From: Phaeosaccion multiseriatum
Lineage: Eukaryota; Protista; Ochrophyta, other classes
NCBI GenBank assembly: GCA_965112735.1
Contig: OZ218952.1
Location: 4,588,001-4,652,000 of the forward strand
Length of the DNA stretch: 64,000 nucleotides
Direction of reading: 5' to 3'
Shown here: piece by piece, positions 12,291 to 24,717 of the stretch
Layout: every line of letters starts with the position of its first letter
Numbering within the stretch: the stretch's first letter is position 1
Notes under the pieces: generated by a model
Seen by the model: only the letters and a program-made list of their open reading frames with translations
Told to the model about the DNA's origin: nothing
The model's database searches: none
Translations under genes and position numbers: made by a program

Positions 12291-15200
12291 GTTCCGTCCG
12301 TTCGTTAAGTCCTGGCCGTTAATGACCCCCCCTTCTCCTCCTCCTCCTCCTCCTCCTCCTCCTCCTCCGTATCGTCCGTTACACCCTCCGCCATCCCCCC
12401 CCCCATCGGCTGCCGTCCATCCCACTCCCCCTCAGGCGACGACACGCACCAAGTGTTGCCCGCCTGCTCTGACAACATGTCTGACTCGGGGAACTTCGAC
12501 TCAGTGATGGAGCTGCTGTACCAGGGAGGAGAGAGGGAGCTGCCGGAGATTATGATGACCATGGTCCCTGAGGCTTGGCAGGATAACGAGTGAGTGCCAG
12601 GGGTAGTAGTAGTAGGAGTAGTAGTAGTTGTTGTATTTGTAGTACCTGTTGAAGTGCAGGCAACTGACCTCTCCCTCCCTCCCTCCCGCCTATTCCCAAT
12701 CTGCTCACACCCTGCCCACACGCTGCCCACACGCTGCCCAAAGCTTCCTCTCCCCTTCCAAGAGTGCGTTCTACGAGTACAACGCGTGCATCATGGAGCC
12801 CTGGGACGGGCCCGCCATGATGGCGTTCACCGACGGCAGGTTTGTAGGGGCCACTCTGGACCGCAACGGGCTGCGTCCCTCTCGCTACTACGTCACAGAG
12901 GATAACAGGGTGCTGCTGTCTTCGGAGGTGGGGGTGCTGCCCAACGAGGAGGACGTCAATGTCAAGGTCAAGGTGAGAGTCAGTGGGAGGGGGGGGGGGG
13001 GGGTAGAAGGGGGTGGTGGAAGAGAGACGAGTTGATCTTTGACTGCCTGCTCACTCCTGCTCACTCCCCAACATATCTTCCTCCGTCTGTCAACCTCAAT
13101 CTAAACCTCAAATGAAACCTCAAACTACGCGCCTGTACCCTCATGTCTATCCCTACCTGTACGTGTACGCCTCCATCCTCCTCCCCAGGCCCGGCTGGAG
13201 CCAGGCAAGATGTTCCTGGTGGACCTTGAGGCCGGGGAGGTGGTGCCTGACGATGTGGTGAAGGAGCGATACGCGAGGGCTCAGCCCTACAGGCAGTGGC
13301 TGGACGACAACCTCATCACCCTCGAGGTAAAGAAGAAGAAGAAGAATAAGGAGGAGGAGGAGGAGGAGGAGGAGGAGGAGGAGGGGGAGGGTGGGGAAGA
13401 GAGGGAGGGAGGGGGGCTTGGTTGGGGGTGGGTATATGTGTGTGTGGGGGGGGGGGGGGGGTTGGTGGATGTAGGCGCTGTATCAGCTGTGACGTGCTGC
13501 TGCATCACTAACTGCTGTGCTTCCTCCTCACCTTCCTCCCTCCCTAACTCGAACCATACCCACGACGTGCCATCCATAGCAATGGGCGGAGGAGGCCCCT
13601 GCCGTGCCCCCCCCCTTCCACTTCAACTCCTCCACCCGCCGCATGAACATGTTCGGCTTCACCAGGTATGAATGTGTGTGTGCGTGTGTGTGTGCATGTG
13701 AAGTGCGCTTGCTTGGTGCCTCCCTCCTCTACCCTTCACCTTCCCTCACTTGTCCTTCGCCTTCGCACCTCTTGCTGTAATCATCTGACTCACTTGCTTA
13801 CACCTACCTCTCTCCCTCCCCTCCCTCCCCACATACCGCACCATATCACCAACTGCTGTATCTACGCACCCCAGTGAGACGCTGGACATGCTGCTCGTCC
13901 CCATGGCCATTGGCGGCAGGGAGGGCTTGGGGTCCATGGGCAATGACGCCCCCCTCGCCGTGCTGTCCGAGAAGCCCCGCCTCGCCTTTGACTACTTCAA
14001 GCAGTGAGTTTCTCTCTGTCTACCCATATGCCTCTTGTCTGGGTATCTCTCTCTCCTTTGGTTCATCACTCCAATCCCCTCAACGCCATATTTTTTTGGA
14101 TGCATGTATCCACCCCACACCCACACACACCCACACACCCACACACAGGCTCTTTGCGCAGGTGACCAACCCCCCCATCGACCCCATCCGCGAAGAAATG
14201 GTCATGTCCCTGTCCTGCCCTGTGGGGCCCGAGGCTAACCTCCTCGAGGTGGGGCCCGAGCACTGTGCTCGTATGGTCATTCACAACCCTGTCTTGACGC
14301 TCAACGAGATGGAGTCTCTAAAGAACACGGAGTACCGGGGGTGGAAGACGAGGGTCATTGACTGCACCTTCCCTGTGGGCAGGTACGGTGTGAGGGGGTG
14401 GGAGGGGGGTGGGGAGGAAGGGAGGGGAAAGAGGTGAAGAGGAAGAGAGGGGAGCGAGGGAGAGCGAGGGAGAGCGAGGGGGGAAAGAAAAGAGCCAGCG
14501 CCATTTTTCCCCTACTCACCCCCAACCCCTCCTACTTGTGCCTCCCTCCCATACACCTCCACCCAGCGGCCCCGAGGGTCTCATTGAGGCCCTGGACAAC
14601 ATCTGTGTGGAGGCAAGTGAGGCGTTGGCCAATGGGGAGAACCATGCCGTCATCCTCAGCGATCGACTCGCGGGGCCGGACCGTCTTCCCGTGCCGTCGC
14701 TGCTCGGCTGCGGGGCGGTGCATCAGGTGAGATGAGTGAGATGAGTGGGGGAGGGGAAGGAGGGAGGGGTAGGCAAGAGAGTGACTGAGCTCGACAGCTC
14801 GCCTCGCCGCACAGCACGAAAGGGTAGAATGCAGCCACGCCACGCACGCACTGACTGAGTCTTTGTTTTGTTGCTTCTCTATCCATTCCTCTCTCTCTCT
14901 CCCTCCCCTCCTCCTTCAGCACCTACTCAAGACGAAGCAGCGCACCAAGGCTGCCATCTTCATGGAGGCAGGAGACGCCCGCGAAGTGCACGACATGGCC
15001 ACACTTGTCGGCTTTGGGGCAGACGCTGTGTGCCCTTGGGTAGGGTACGAGGCTTTGGCTCAGATGAACCACGAGGGGCTCATTGAGGCCAAGGCCAAGC
15101 GGACCTACGCAGACGAGGAGCTGTTTTACAGTTACAGAAAGTCGCTGGCCAAGGGCATGTTGAAGGTCATGTCGAAAATGGGCATCTCGACGCTTCAGTC

Positions 15201-18200
15201 CTACAAGGGCGCCCAAGTGTTTGAAGCGGTGGGGCTGAGTGACGAGATTGTGGATCGCTGCTTCACGGGCACGACTTCCCGACTCAAGGGAACGGACTTC
15301 ACCTCGCTCTACACCGACATCATGCGCTTCCACGAGGCCGCTTTCCCTGCCAAGGACCAGACCACCGCACCCCTCATTGGCAACTTTGGACAGTTCCATT
15401 ACCGTGACGGAGGGGAGGCGCACCTCAACAACCCGGAAACCATGGTGCACCTACAAATGGCCGCACGCACCAACAGCAGGGAGTCCTACCAGGTACGTAC
15501 CTCAGGTGTTGTGTGACAATCGAATGTACCGATGCAATCGAATGTGATGTGGATATACTGATCGATTGATGGGAGATCAAAAGACTAACTCAAGCTTAAG
15601 AGACTTCTGGCTTTGAATAGTCTGACACCTACTGATCACGCCCTCCCTCCCTCCCTCCCTCCCTCCCCCCCTTGTCATACTTGACTCCCTCCCACCAGGC
15701 GTACTCGGAGGCGGTGACGTCAGCCAACCAGAAGGTGACCCTGCGCGGCCTGCTCAAGTTCAGGGACGACGTCACCGATGGGCCCATCCCCATCGAGGAG
15801 GTAAGGGCTGATGACCCGTGTGCCTGCCTCCCTGGGTGCCCATATGCCTGCCGGCCTCCCTGTCTGTCCACACCCGTACGCCTGGCCATGCCCACACACA
15901 CTCCCTCTCTGTCCTCACCCATATGCCTGGCTCTGACCCACCTTGCCGCTCCCCTCCCCCTGCCCTGTATCACCAACTCACTCAGGTGGAGGACGTGCAG
16001 ACGATCATGAAGCGCTTCAACACCGGCGCCATGTCGCTCGGCTCCATCTCCAGAGAGACGCACGAGACGCTCGCACAGGCCGTCAATGAGGTGTGTGTGT
16101 ATCACCAATGTGTGTGTATCACCAATGTGTGTGTGTGTGCGTGCGTGCGTGTGTGTGAGTGCAAGCTATGCCCTGCCATTCCGCGTCGGATCTCTCGAGT
16201 GATTGATTGATTGATTGGGATTCCGAAGCTCCCAAAGACACAGCACAACATCATCAACATCAACAAAAACAAATCTCACTCCTCCACGCTCTCCTCCCTC
16301 CCTTCCTTCCTCCAAACAGATCGGCGGCCGCTCCAACACCGGAGAGGGAGGCGAGGACCCAGAGAGGTTCACTGACAACCGCCGCTCGGCCATCAAACAG
16401 GTTGCCTCGGGCCGCTTTGGTGTGACTTCTCACTACCTTGCCAACTCCGATCAGATTCAGATCAAGATGGCTCAGGGCGCCAAGCCTGGGGAGGGAGGGG
16501 AGCTGCCGGGCTCTAAGGTGAGGGAGGGGAGTGGGGGAGATCAGAGTGGCAGAAAGCTGCAGAGGGAGATGGGGGAGGCAGAGAGAGAGAGCCCATGATG
16601 ATCTATTCACTGATACATTCCAACGCCAACTTACACCCCCATCCCCCCCCCCCCCCCCTCCCCCCAACCCTTGATTCTCTGCCATCCCCCTCCACTCCAC
16701 TCCTCCCTCCTTCCTCCTGGAACTGTAACTGTAACTGTAACTGTAACTGTAACTAGGTGTCCAACTACATCGCCAAGGCTCGACACACCACCCCTGGCGT
16801 GGGGCTCATCTCCCCCCCGCCTCATCACGACATTTACTCCATTGAGGACCTTGCGCAGCTCATTCATGACCTCAAGAACGCGCAACCTCACGGAGAGGTG
16901 AGGCCAGAGAGAGAGAGAGAGAGAGGGAAAGGCCAGAGAGAGAGGGAGAGGGAGAGGCCAGAGAGAGAGGGAGAGGCCAGAGAGAGAGAGAGAGGGAGAG
17001 GCCAGAGTGAGAGGGAGAGGCCAGAGAGAGAGAGAGAGAGAGGGAAAGGCCAGAGAGAGAGGGAGAGGGAGAGGCCAGAGAGAGAGGGAGAGGCCAGAGA
17101 GAGAGAGAGAGGCCAGAGAGAGAGGGAGAGGGAGAGGCCAGAGAGAGAGAGAGGGAGAGGCAGGCATGCACACTTGCCTCCTCGTGGGCGTGTAAAATAC
17201 GCGACTGACCTTGCTGTGCTCTCTCCCTCTCCCCCTCCCTGTCTCTCTCTTTCCCCGTCTTTACCTCCCTGTCCTTCTCTCTCTCCCTCTCCCCCCCAAA
17301 CAAACAGGTGTCTGTGAAGCTGGTGAGTGAGGTGGGTGTGGGCACCGTCGCAGCAGGTGTGGCAAAGGCCAAGTCCGACCATATCACCATCTCCGGCCAC
17401 GACGGAGGTACCGGCGCTGCTGTGTGGACCGCCGTCAAGGGCGCCGGTCTGCCCTGGGAGCTTGGGGTAGCAGAGGCCCAACAAACGCTTGTGCTCAACG
17501 ACCTTCGCAGTCGAGTGCGACTCCAGACGGACGGGCAGCTCAAGAACGGGAGGGATGTGGTGATTGCTTGCATGTTGGGGGCGGAGGAGTACGCCTTCTC
17601 GACGGCGCCTTTGATTGCGATGGGGTGCATCATGATGCGCAAGTGTCATCTCAACACGTGTCCGGTGGGGGTGGCCACGCAGGACCCGGTGCTCAGGAGG
17701 AAGTTCACAGGTACGGAAAGGGAAAGGAAGGATGGAAGGGGGGGAAGGAAGGAAGAAGGGTGATCAGCTTCTTGTCGTCATGTATAAGGGGGAAGTTTGT
17801 CGTAACTGTTGATGCTCACTTACCTCACCATGCCTCTCTCTTACCCCCCTCTCCCTCCCCCCCTCCCCTCCGCCTCCCCATCAGGCAAACCCGAGCACGT
17901 AGTCAACTACTTCTACCACCTCGCCGAGGAGGTGAGGGAGATCATGGCCTCCATGGGATTCCGCACCATCGACGAGATGATTGGCCGGGTGGACTGCATG
18001 GAGGTGAACCCCGATGTGCTGCACTACAAGAGCAGGGGGCTTGACCTCACCCCTCTCCTGACGCCGGCAGAGAGCCTCAACCCCAACAACAGCGGCGTGT
18101 ACAAGAACATGGAGCAGGTCAGAGTTGGGGTTGAGTGGAAAGGGAGAGAGGGAGGGAAGGGAGGGAAGGGAGGGAAGGAACATTCCAATCTACTTATTCA

Positions 18201-18497
18201 CTCGCTCACTCACCCACTCACTCATTCAATTCCCCCCCTCCCCCCTCTCCCTCCACAGGACCACGGCCTGGAAACCCGCATCGACTACCGCATCCTGGAG
18301 GAGGGCGCCGCTGCCCTCGAGCACGGCACCAAGGTCCGCCTCGACCTCCCCATCGACAACTTGGATCGCACCACCGGCACCATCCTGTCGCACGCCATCT
18401 CCAAGAAGTACGGTGTGGCGGGGCTGCCTGACGACACCATTCATGTCAAGTTCACCGGACATGCAGGGCAGTCCTTCGGCTTCTGTCTGGCCAAGGT

Positions 18498-18529
<32 letters not shown>

Positions 18530-20680
18530 ACGTTGAATGAGTGTTTCGTTGTGTATCAGACCCTACCCATCCGTATGAGCCAGCCTATCCCAATGATTGT
18601 CAAGCTAACCTCCTCGCGCTTCCCCATCCACTGCCATCCCCCTCCTCCTCCCCAACCACCCCCACCCCCCCACACTCTTCCTCCTTCTCCTCCTCCTCCT
18701 CCTCCTCCTCGTCTTCCGCCACCCCCACCACACACTCCTCTCAGGGCGTGACCATGGAGGTGGCCGGAGACGCCAACGACGGAGTGGGTAAGGGGCTGAG
18801 CGGCGGCAAGGTGGCTGTGTACCCCACCCAAGAGGCTCTTGATGTAGGCTTTGTGGCGGAGGACAATGTCATTGTGGGCAATGTGTGTCTGTACGGAGCC
18901 ACGAGGGGAGAGGCCTTCTTCCGCGGCATGGTGAGTGACTTGAGCCAAGGGAGAGCCTGTGGGGTATGTTGTGTAAGTACTAGACCCTGTGGGGTATGTT
19001 GTGTAAGTACTAGAGCCTGTGGGGTATGTTGTGTAAGTGGGGTATGTTGTGTAAGTACTAGAGCCTGTGGGGTATGTTGTGTAAGTACTAGAGCCTGTGG
19101 GGTATGTTGTGTAAGTGGGGTATGTTGTGTAAGTACTAGAGCCTGTGGGGTATGTTGTGTAAGTACTAGAGCCTGTGGGGTATGTTGTGTAAGTACTTTG
19201 TGAGTGCTTTGCAAGTGCTTGTGTTTGTGTTTCTTTTCTCCCGCGGCTTTAGAGTGCGTGAGGAGCGCGTGCCGTTCGGCATTTTCCACCACCACCCCTT
19301 GCCGAGCTGGCATGACCCTAACCACCACCCTCCCCTCCCCACCCCACCCACTCCCCCTATAGGCCGGAGAGCGCTTCTGTGTGCGCAACTCCGGTGCCCT
19401 CGCCGTGGTGGAGGGACTCGGTGACCACGGATGCGAGTACATGACGGGCGGCACAGTGGTGTGCCTGGGGGGCACGGGGCGGAACTTCGGAGCGGGCATG
19501 AGCGGAGGAGAGGCGTACATGTGGGACCCCAAGGGGGAGTTCCCGGCCAAGTACGTTGCGTGTGGGTGTAGTGAGGATGAGAATGAGAACAAGGCTTTGG
19601 GGGGTGTATATGTGCGTGCGTGTGCTTGTAGGTGTGTGTTTGGTTGTTGGTATGGGTGTGTGTGTATGGGAAGATGAAGGCTTGAGCCGCCAAGATATTT
19701 GCTGCGCTTTGGAGAAACAAGCAGCTTGAGCAGAGAGTGGTGTTCCTGCTCCCTTTCTTCCTTCCCTCATCCACCCCTCCCTCCCTCTTGTATCGCCAAC
19801 TGTTGTGCTGTGCCTATCACCAACTGCTACAGGTGCAACATGGGCATGGTTGGTTTGGACAAGGTGGAGGAGGGCGTGGATGCCGAGTTCCTCAAGGGCT
19901 GCATTCAGAAGCACGTGGACATGACGGGCTCTCCAGTGGGGCAGAGAGTGCTCGACGACTGGCAGGTGAGCGAGGGCGGAAGAGGAGGAGGACCGAAGGT
20001 GTTGTGTAGGCAAACTTGTCAAGCAAATCTGTCAAGCCTGGAGCAGATGGCTAACCCTAAGTTAGCATTGACGTTTGAAGAGATGGTAGAGCACTGAACT
20101 CTGAGCTTTCCGAAGTTTGGCTTTGGGCCTGGCTATCTTTGGCTAGCTTCTCTCTGCTCTGTGGAGCTCTTGTTACCCCGACTTTCACCTTCGTGTGCTG
20201 GATGGGCCCCTGTTATCGCCGCTCACCCACCACATCCTCCTCTCTCCGTCCACTGTCATCCACTGCCATCCCCTCTTTTCCCTCCACAGACGTCCATCGG
20301 GCAGTTTGTGAAGGTGATGCCCCACGACTACAAGCGAGTCATGGAGGAGATGGCCAGGTTAGTAAGTCAGTAAGTCAGAGCTGCTCACAGACAGGGAGCG
20401 AGCGGCACATACACAAAGAGAGAGGAGGGAGAGAGCGCACCCACTAAGCAATCTTCCATTTCTATCCTTCTCACATGAGCACCTGCCTCCTCGGGGGCAA
20501 TAGAGACTGACTTGATTCACTATTCTTACGCGTTTGCTCCTTCCTTCTTCCCTCCTCTCTGTTGTGTGCGCGCGCGCGTCCTGTTTTGTTTTGTTTTCGT
20601 TTTGTCTCCCAACGTGCAGGAAAGAGGCAGCCGGCGAGCCATGGGGCAACCCAGAGGACGAGAAGTCAATGGTAGCCTAA
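9451..20680 (+). CDS. gltB: Glutamate synthase (GOGAT) large/alpha subunit, ~26 exons, with a putative mitochondrial presequence
   Basis: GATase start 'EKDSCGVG', then '[16 protein letters not shown]', '[10 protein letters not shown]', '[11 protein letters not shown]', 'EPWDGPA', 'DRNGLRP', '[15 protein letters not shown]', '[12 protein letters not shown]', the 3Fe-4S motif '[20 protein letters not shown]' and the C-terminal GXGXG domain '[11 protein letters not shown]'. Exons join in frame via GT-AG introns from ATG 9451 to TAA 20678-20680. Confidence 0.95.
10840..11055 (+). repeat. Intronic minisatellite (CCACGTACCT(A/C)CCTACCTAT-type)
   Basis: About 9 imperfect 20-28-bp units built on (CCTA)n in the GOGAT intron 10684-11066. 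Confidence 0.8.
16898..17165 (+). repeat. Intronic (GA)n/GGCCA compound repeat
   Basis: Repeated 'GGCCAGAGAGAGAGGGAGA' units at the 5' end of GOGAT intron 16898-17307. Confidence 0.75.
18951..19197 (+). repeat. Intronic higher-order minisatellite (30+30+18 bp = 78-bp unit, about 3 copies)
   Basis: The unit GGGGTATGTTGTGTAAGT(ACTAGAGCCTGT) occurs 9 times with spacings of 30,30,18,30,30,18,30,30. Confidence 0.9.
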
Positions 20681-21530
20681 GTCAATGCTAGCATTGGTGG
20701 GAGAGCTTGGGGGGGTGAGCGGAGCCCAAAAGCGGTGTGCACAAAGGACGGACGGCAATTGGCAGGCGGAGGAAAGCGAAGGCCTACAGGAAGGCGAAGG
20801 CCTACCGGAGACCGAGAGATTATAATAGAGAGAGAGGAGGAGGACAAGACAAGACGAGTAGTGGTGTCAGGACAAGACAAGCAGTTAGTGGCAAATGGTC
20901 GCTCAATTCATGTAGCATGGTGTGGGGGGTGGGTAGAGGGAGGGCGATGGATTGATCGATTACGTTGTACCGGGAGAAGGTTTCAAGGGCGACATTTTGT
21001 GGCCACAAAGGGTCGGGCAGCGAGAAGGGCGCTTGCTAACTCATGAAACAGTTCAAGGAGGATGTATCCTAAGGTGTAACCTAACGATGGTTAACGATGG
21101 TAAGCTTTTGACAACGCTAGAGCTGTGCTGCAGCTCTCTCCCTCTCTCTCCATAGCTTCTCTCCCTCCCCCCCTCCCCTCCCCTCTTTCTTTTCTCTCTG
21201 TAATGCTCCGCCGATGGGGAGTCTCCCCCTCACGGTCAGGAGAAGCTTCATCCCTGATCCATCCCTGCGAGCTTAAACGTACGAGTGGAAAGAGAAACAG
21301 GATGTGCTGGAGTCTTGTTGGCCACATTTTATTAGTGGTCGTGCTTAGACACCTTTTGGGAAATCGTGGTCGTGGTTTGCTTGATATTGTACAAGGTGGC
21401 AGTCGGTGTTGACACTCGGGCGTGGGTGGTGATGCGTACAAGGACCACGGGCCGTTAGAAGGACAACGGGCTGTTGTGCCTCCTTCTCTATTGACATCAC
21501 TCTCCTCTTCCTCGATTCGCCTCGTCTTCC

Positions 21531-23260
21531 TCAGTGCTCCTCCTTTTTGCCAAAGTCCCCCGTGATTTGCTTGGCTGTTAACACCGTGGAGCCCCTAAAC
21601 TTGAGGCTAGACAGAACCGTTTGCTCGGCCCCGTTGTTCTCTTCGCAAAAGATGGACAAAGAGGACACGCTTTGGAATTTGACAAACTTGAGCGGCGTCC
21701 ATGTGTCCTCTTCGAAGTCTAAAACGCAGAGGGCAGGGCAGTTGGAGTGATGCATGGCAGTGAAGGAGGGAAGGAGGGAGGGAGGGAGGGAGGGAGGGGG
21801 GGGGGGGAGAGAGGAGAAGGGGCTTAGGGGGTGCTTAGTGCAGCACAGCTTGGGACAGGGCAAATACCCTCTCCTCTTCTCTCCTCTGCTGTCCTGTCCT
21901 CTCTCCTCTCCTCTCCTCTCCTCTCTGCTCTCCGCTTCCTGCCGGCCGGAGCGTCTAGCTGTACAGTCTCTCCCCCTTTCTCCTCTCCTCTCCTCTCCTC
22001 TCCTCCCTGCCCCATCGAGGCCTGGTGCTTGCGTCATGCTTGCTTGCGCACCTTTCTCTGTCAGCTCCAGCACCATCGTTGGCTCTACGGACTCCGCGTC
22101 TGAGAATCCCATGCTGTGAGTGTGAGTGTGAGTGTGGTGTGAGGGTGAGAGTGAGTGTGAGTGTGAAGTTGAGGGTAAGTGTAACGGTGAGTACGAGTGT
22201 GAGTATGAGAGTGAGTGTGAGGGGGAGGGGGAGGGGCCGTGTACAGCGAGAAAGCGCAACACACCGAGAGAGCGAAAGACATGAGGAGAGACGGGACTCA
22301 ACAGGACTCTGATTTGAGTCTTGGAGTATCCTCTTGGGGGGGCACATTCATTTGAGTCTTTGGGTATCCTTTTGGCACACCCACCCCACCCTGCCCCTCT
22401 CCAGCCTATCTCAGCATGTCGGCAGACAAAAGAATCTCAACGCGATGGCGTGCTCTTTCCCTCCACTCGGCACCCTCCCTCAGCCTCATCCATCCACGCA
22501 CTCACGCAAGCACTCACGCACGCACGCACGCACGCCCTCACGCACGCACCTGTCCCTATTTACGAAGAGCTTGACGGTGGTTGGCCACGCGTCTTTGTCG
22601 TCCGCTGGAGCTCCGAAGTTTAAGCTTTGGAGCTTGACCGTCTCCGTGAAGCTGATGTGCACTAAAAGTTGCTCTGTTTACACATGGCACACATAGCATG
22701 GCAAAGGGGGGGCGGTGGATGAGGGAGGGATGGGTGGGTGGGCAAGCAAACCACGCGGTCGCATGCTCCGACTATGCTTTCCCTTCATTCCCCCCTTTTC
22801 AACATTCACATTCCTAGCCGCCCCCAGTCGTAGAGAGTCACTCCCACTCACCGTCAGCATCTGACTTGAGCGCTAGTCTGTCGTCCCCCATAAAGAGGTT
22901 CCGCCATGTGGCGTTGGACTGCTCATTGAGGCAGTAGCAATCGCCCCTAGCATGGATGGCACCGTGGAGGACGGACAGGAGGCCCGCAGATACATGAGAA
23001 AAACGAATTGACGGGTAGGGAGAAGTATTCCAGTACTCACTTGTATACTAGGTCGCCGAGGTCTCTGATCTCGAGCTCGTTCACCGCAGGCGCGCTGTAG
23101 AGGCGAAGAGCAAGAGGGTGGGGGGGGGAGTTAACAGTTGCCCGCTCGTCCCAACACTCTCCGCTTCTACGGCTCGGCTTGGGGAGCCCATTGACACGGT
23201 TCTGGAACGAGAGGTACGAAGCGAGGCCCTTCCATCCACTTACGCTTGGGGTGCTGCCAT
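21531..23260 (-). CDS. PITH-domain protein (TXNL1/PITHD1-like, proteasome-interacting), 6 exons
   Basis: The spliced product reads MAAPQAAPAVNELEIRDLGDLVYKGDCYCLNE...LKSDADEQLLVHISFTETVKLQSL...PTTVKLFVNRDSMGFSDAE...LKFVKFQSVSSLSIFCEENNGAEQTVLSSLKFRG, a typical PITH domain. All junctions are GT-AG. Confidence 0.88.
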
Positions 23261-23850
23261 GGAGAGTGTGTTGGAACAAACAGAGGGGGAGAAAGCAGGA
23301 GGAGAATAAATGCACGTTAGCCTGTGACGCCTGGAGCACCAACACAATTCAAACCCCATCCAACCATAACCATTCGGCGTTGGCCGTGGCGCTCCAGCGG
23401 GCCCGACACGAACGATCGATTCGACACAGGATCCTGGCTGGTATCAACTTTGTTCCGATGGGGAGGACTGACGAGTCGGAGGGATACGACCTCGGGGGCT
23501 AAGTTCCCCGGGGCGGCGAGACTACTTTTAGACAACCATAGATGGCACTTAAAACCCCAACCACGAATGACACGAAAAGAGTAGAAAAGAACTGCCTGTC
23601 ACCTTTAATCAACGGCCGCTGGATATCGCCCCCGCTAAGGGCCACGCGGCTATGCCTCAACGCGAGGAGTGACGGAAGCCCGAGGGCACCACTGAGGTGC
23701 GGCTCGGAGGCTTGTTCGCTCATTTTTGTTTAGACGGGTCTAACTTATGTGTGTGTCTACCCTATCCTCAGCTGCGAACTCTATCTTCCAAGTAAGTACG
23801 ACAAAACCCTAACTACGCAAGCATGCCCAAGTAGGCCCAGTCATGCCCAG

Positions 23851-24667
23851 CTATGTTCTCCTTCCCACACCAGCAGCAACAGCGGGCACGCCCTGCAGCT
23901 TGACAGTCGTCACCTCCCCCTTCTCCAGGTCCACCGCCCGAAGTGCATTGTTGCCTATATCACACACCCACGCCCGCTTGGCATCCGCACTCGCCGCTAC
24001 GGCTCCGGGGTGGTAGAATTGCGCAGCCCTCAGTGGCCCATCCCTTAGGCCAGGCTCTCCCGTGCCTTGCAGGTTACATGAAACAGGGGAGAGCGTGCGG
24101 GGTTAGGAGGTTGAGTTTGAGCTTTTAGGATCAGAGGGTTCACAGTAAGATGAGGAACCGTAGGGGAAGATGAGGGCTATGGTTGGGGTCAGGGTTCAGG
24201 GTGGGGATGGGGCGTCTCCCGTACCTGCGTATTTGTCGCACGAGGGCGCGTCGGTGTTGGTCTTGAGTATCTTGAGCTTGTGATTCAGCGTGTCGGCAAG
24301 AAGCAAGCGCTTGGACCTGTGTATGGAGAGAAAGAAAGCGTGTCGTGTGTTTGCGTGTGCGTGCGTGAAAGTGAGGAGGAATGGGTGGGCGAGTGCGCGG
24401 GTTAAGAGGCGGGGGGGGGGGGGGGGATGCCGTATGCTTGTCACACGTTCGTACGCTTCTCACCCAATGTATGCGAGCCCCTGGGGGCCCTGTAGCCTGA
24501 CGTCCGGTCCCAACCCGTCCTTGTCACCGAAGGAGTTCATGTTCTCAGTGAAGAGCTGAAGAGAGAGAGGGGACACGAGTGGAGAGCAAGAAGGGGGGGG
24601 GAGACAGACACACAGGCAAGGAAGGGATAGACAGACATGAGGGGAGGAGGCTTTAAAGGGCAAAGGG

Positions 24668-24717
<50 letters not shown>

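Noticed and set aside
9559-20619. Intron lengths as nucleosome multiples (190, 383, 579) or introner elements
   Set aside because: Most of the 25 GOGAT introns spread continuously from about 137 to 450 bp, and they share no sequence similarity or TIRs.
24095-24215. TTAGGG-like degenerate hexamers (also near 13090, 20050, 35975) as interstitial telomere repeats
   Set aside because: Too degenerate and short, and consistent with ordinary intronic simple repeats.
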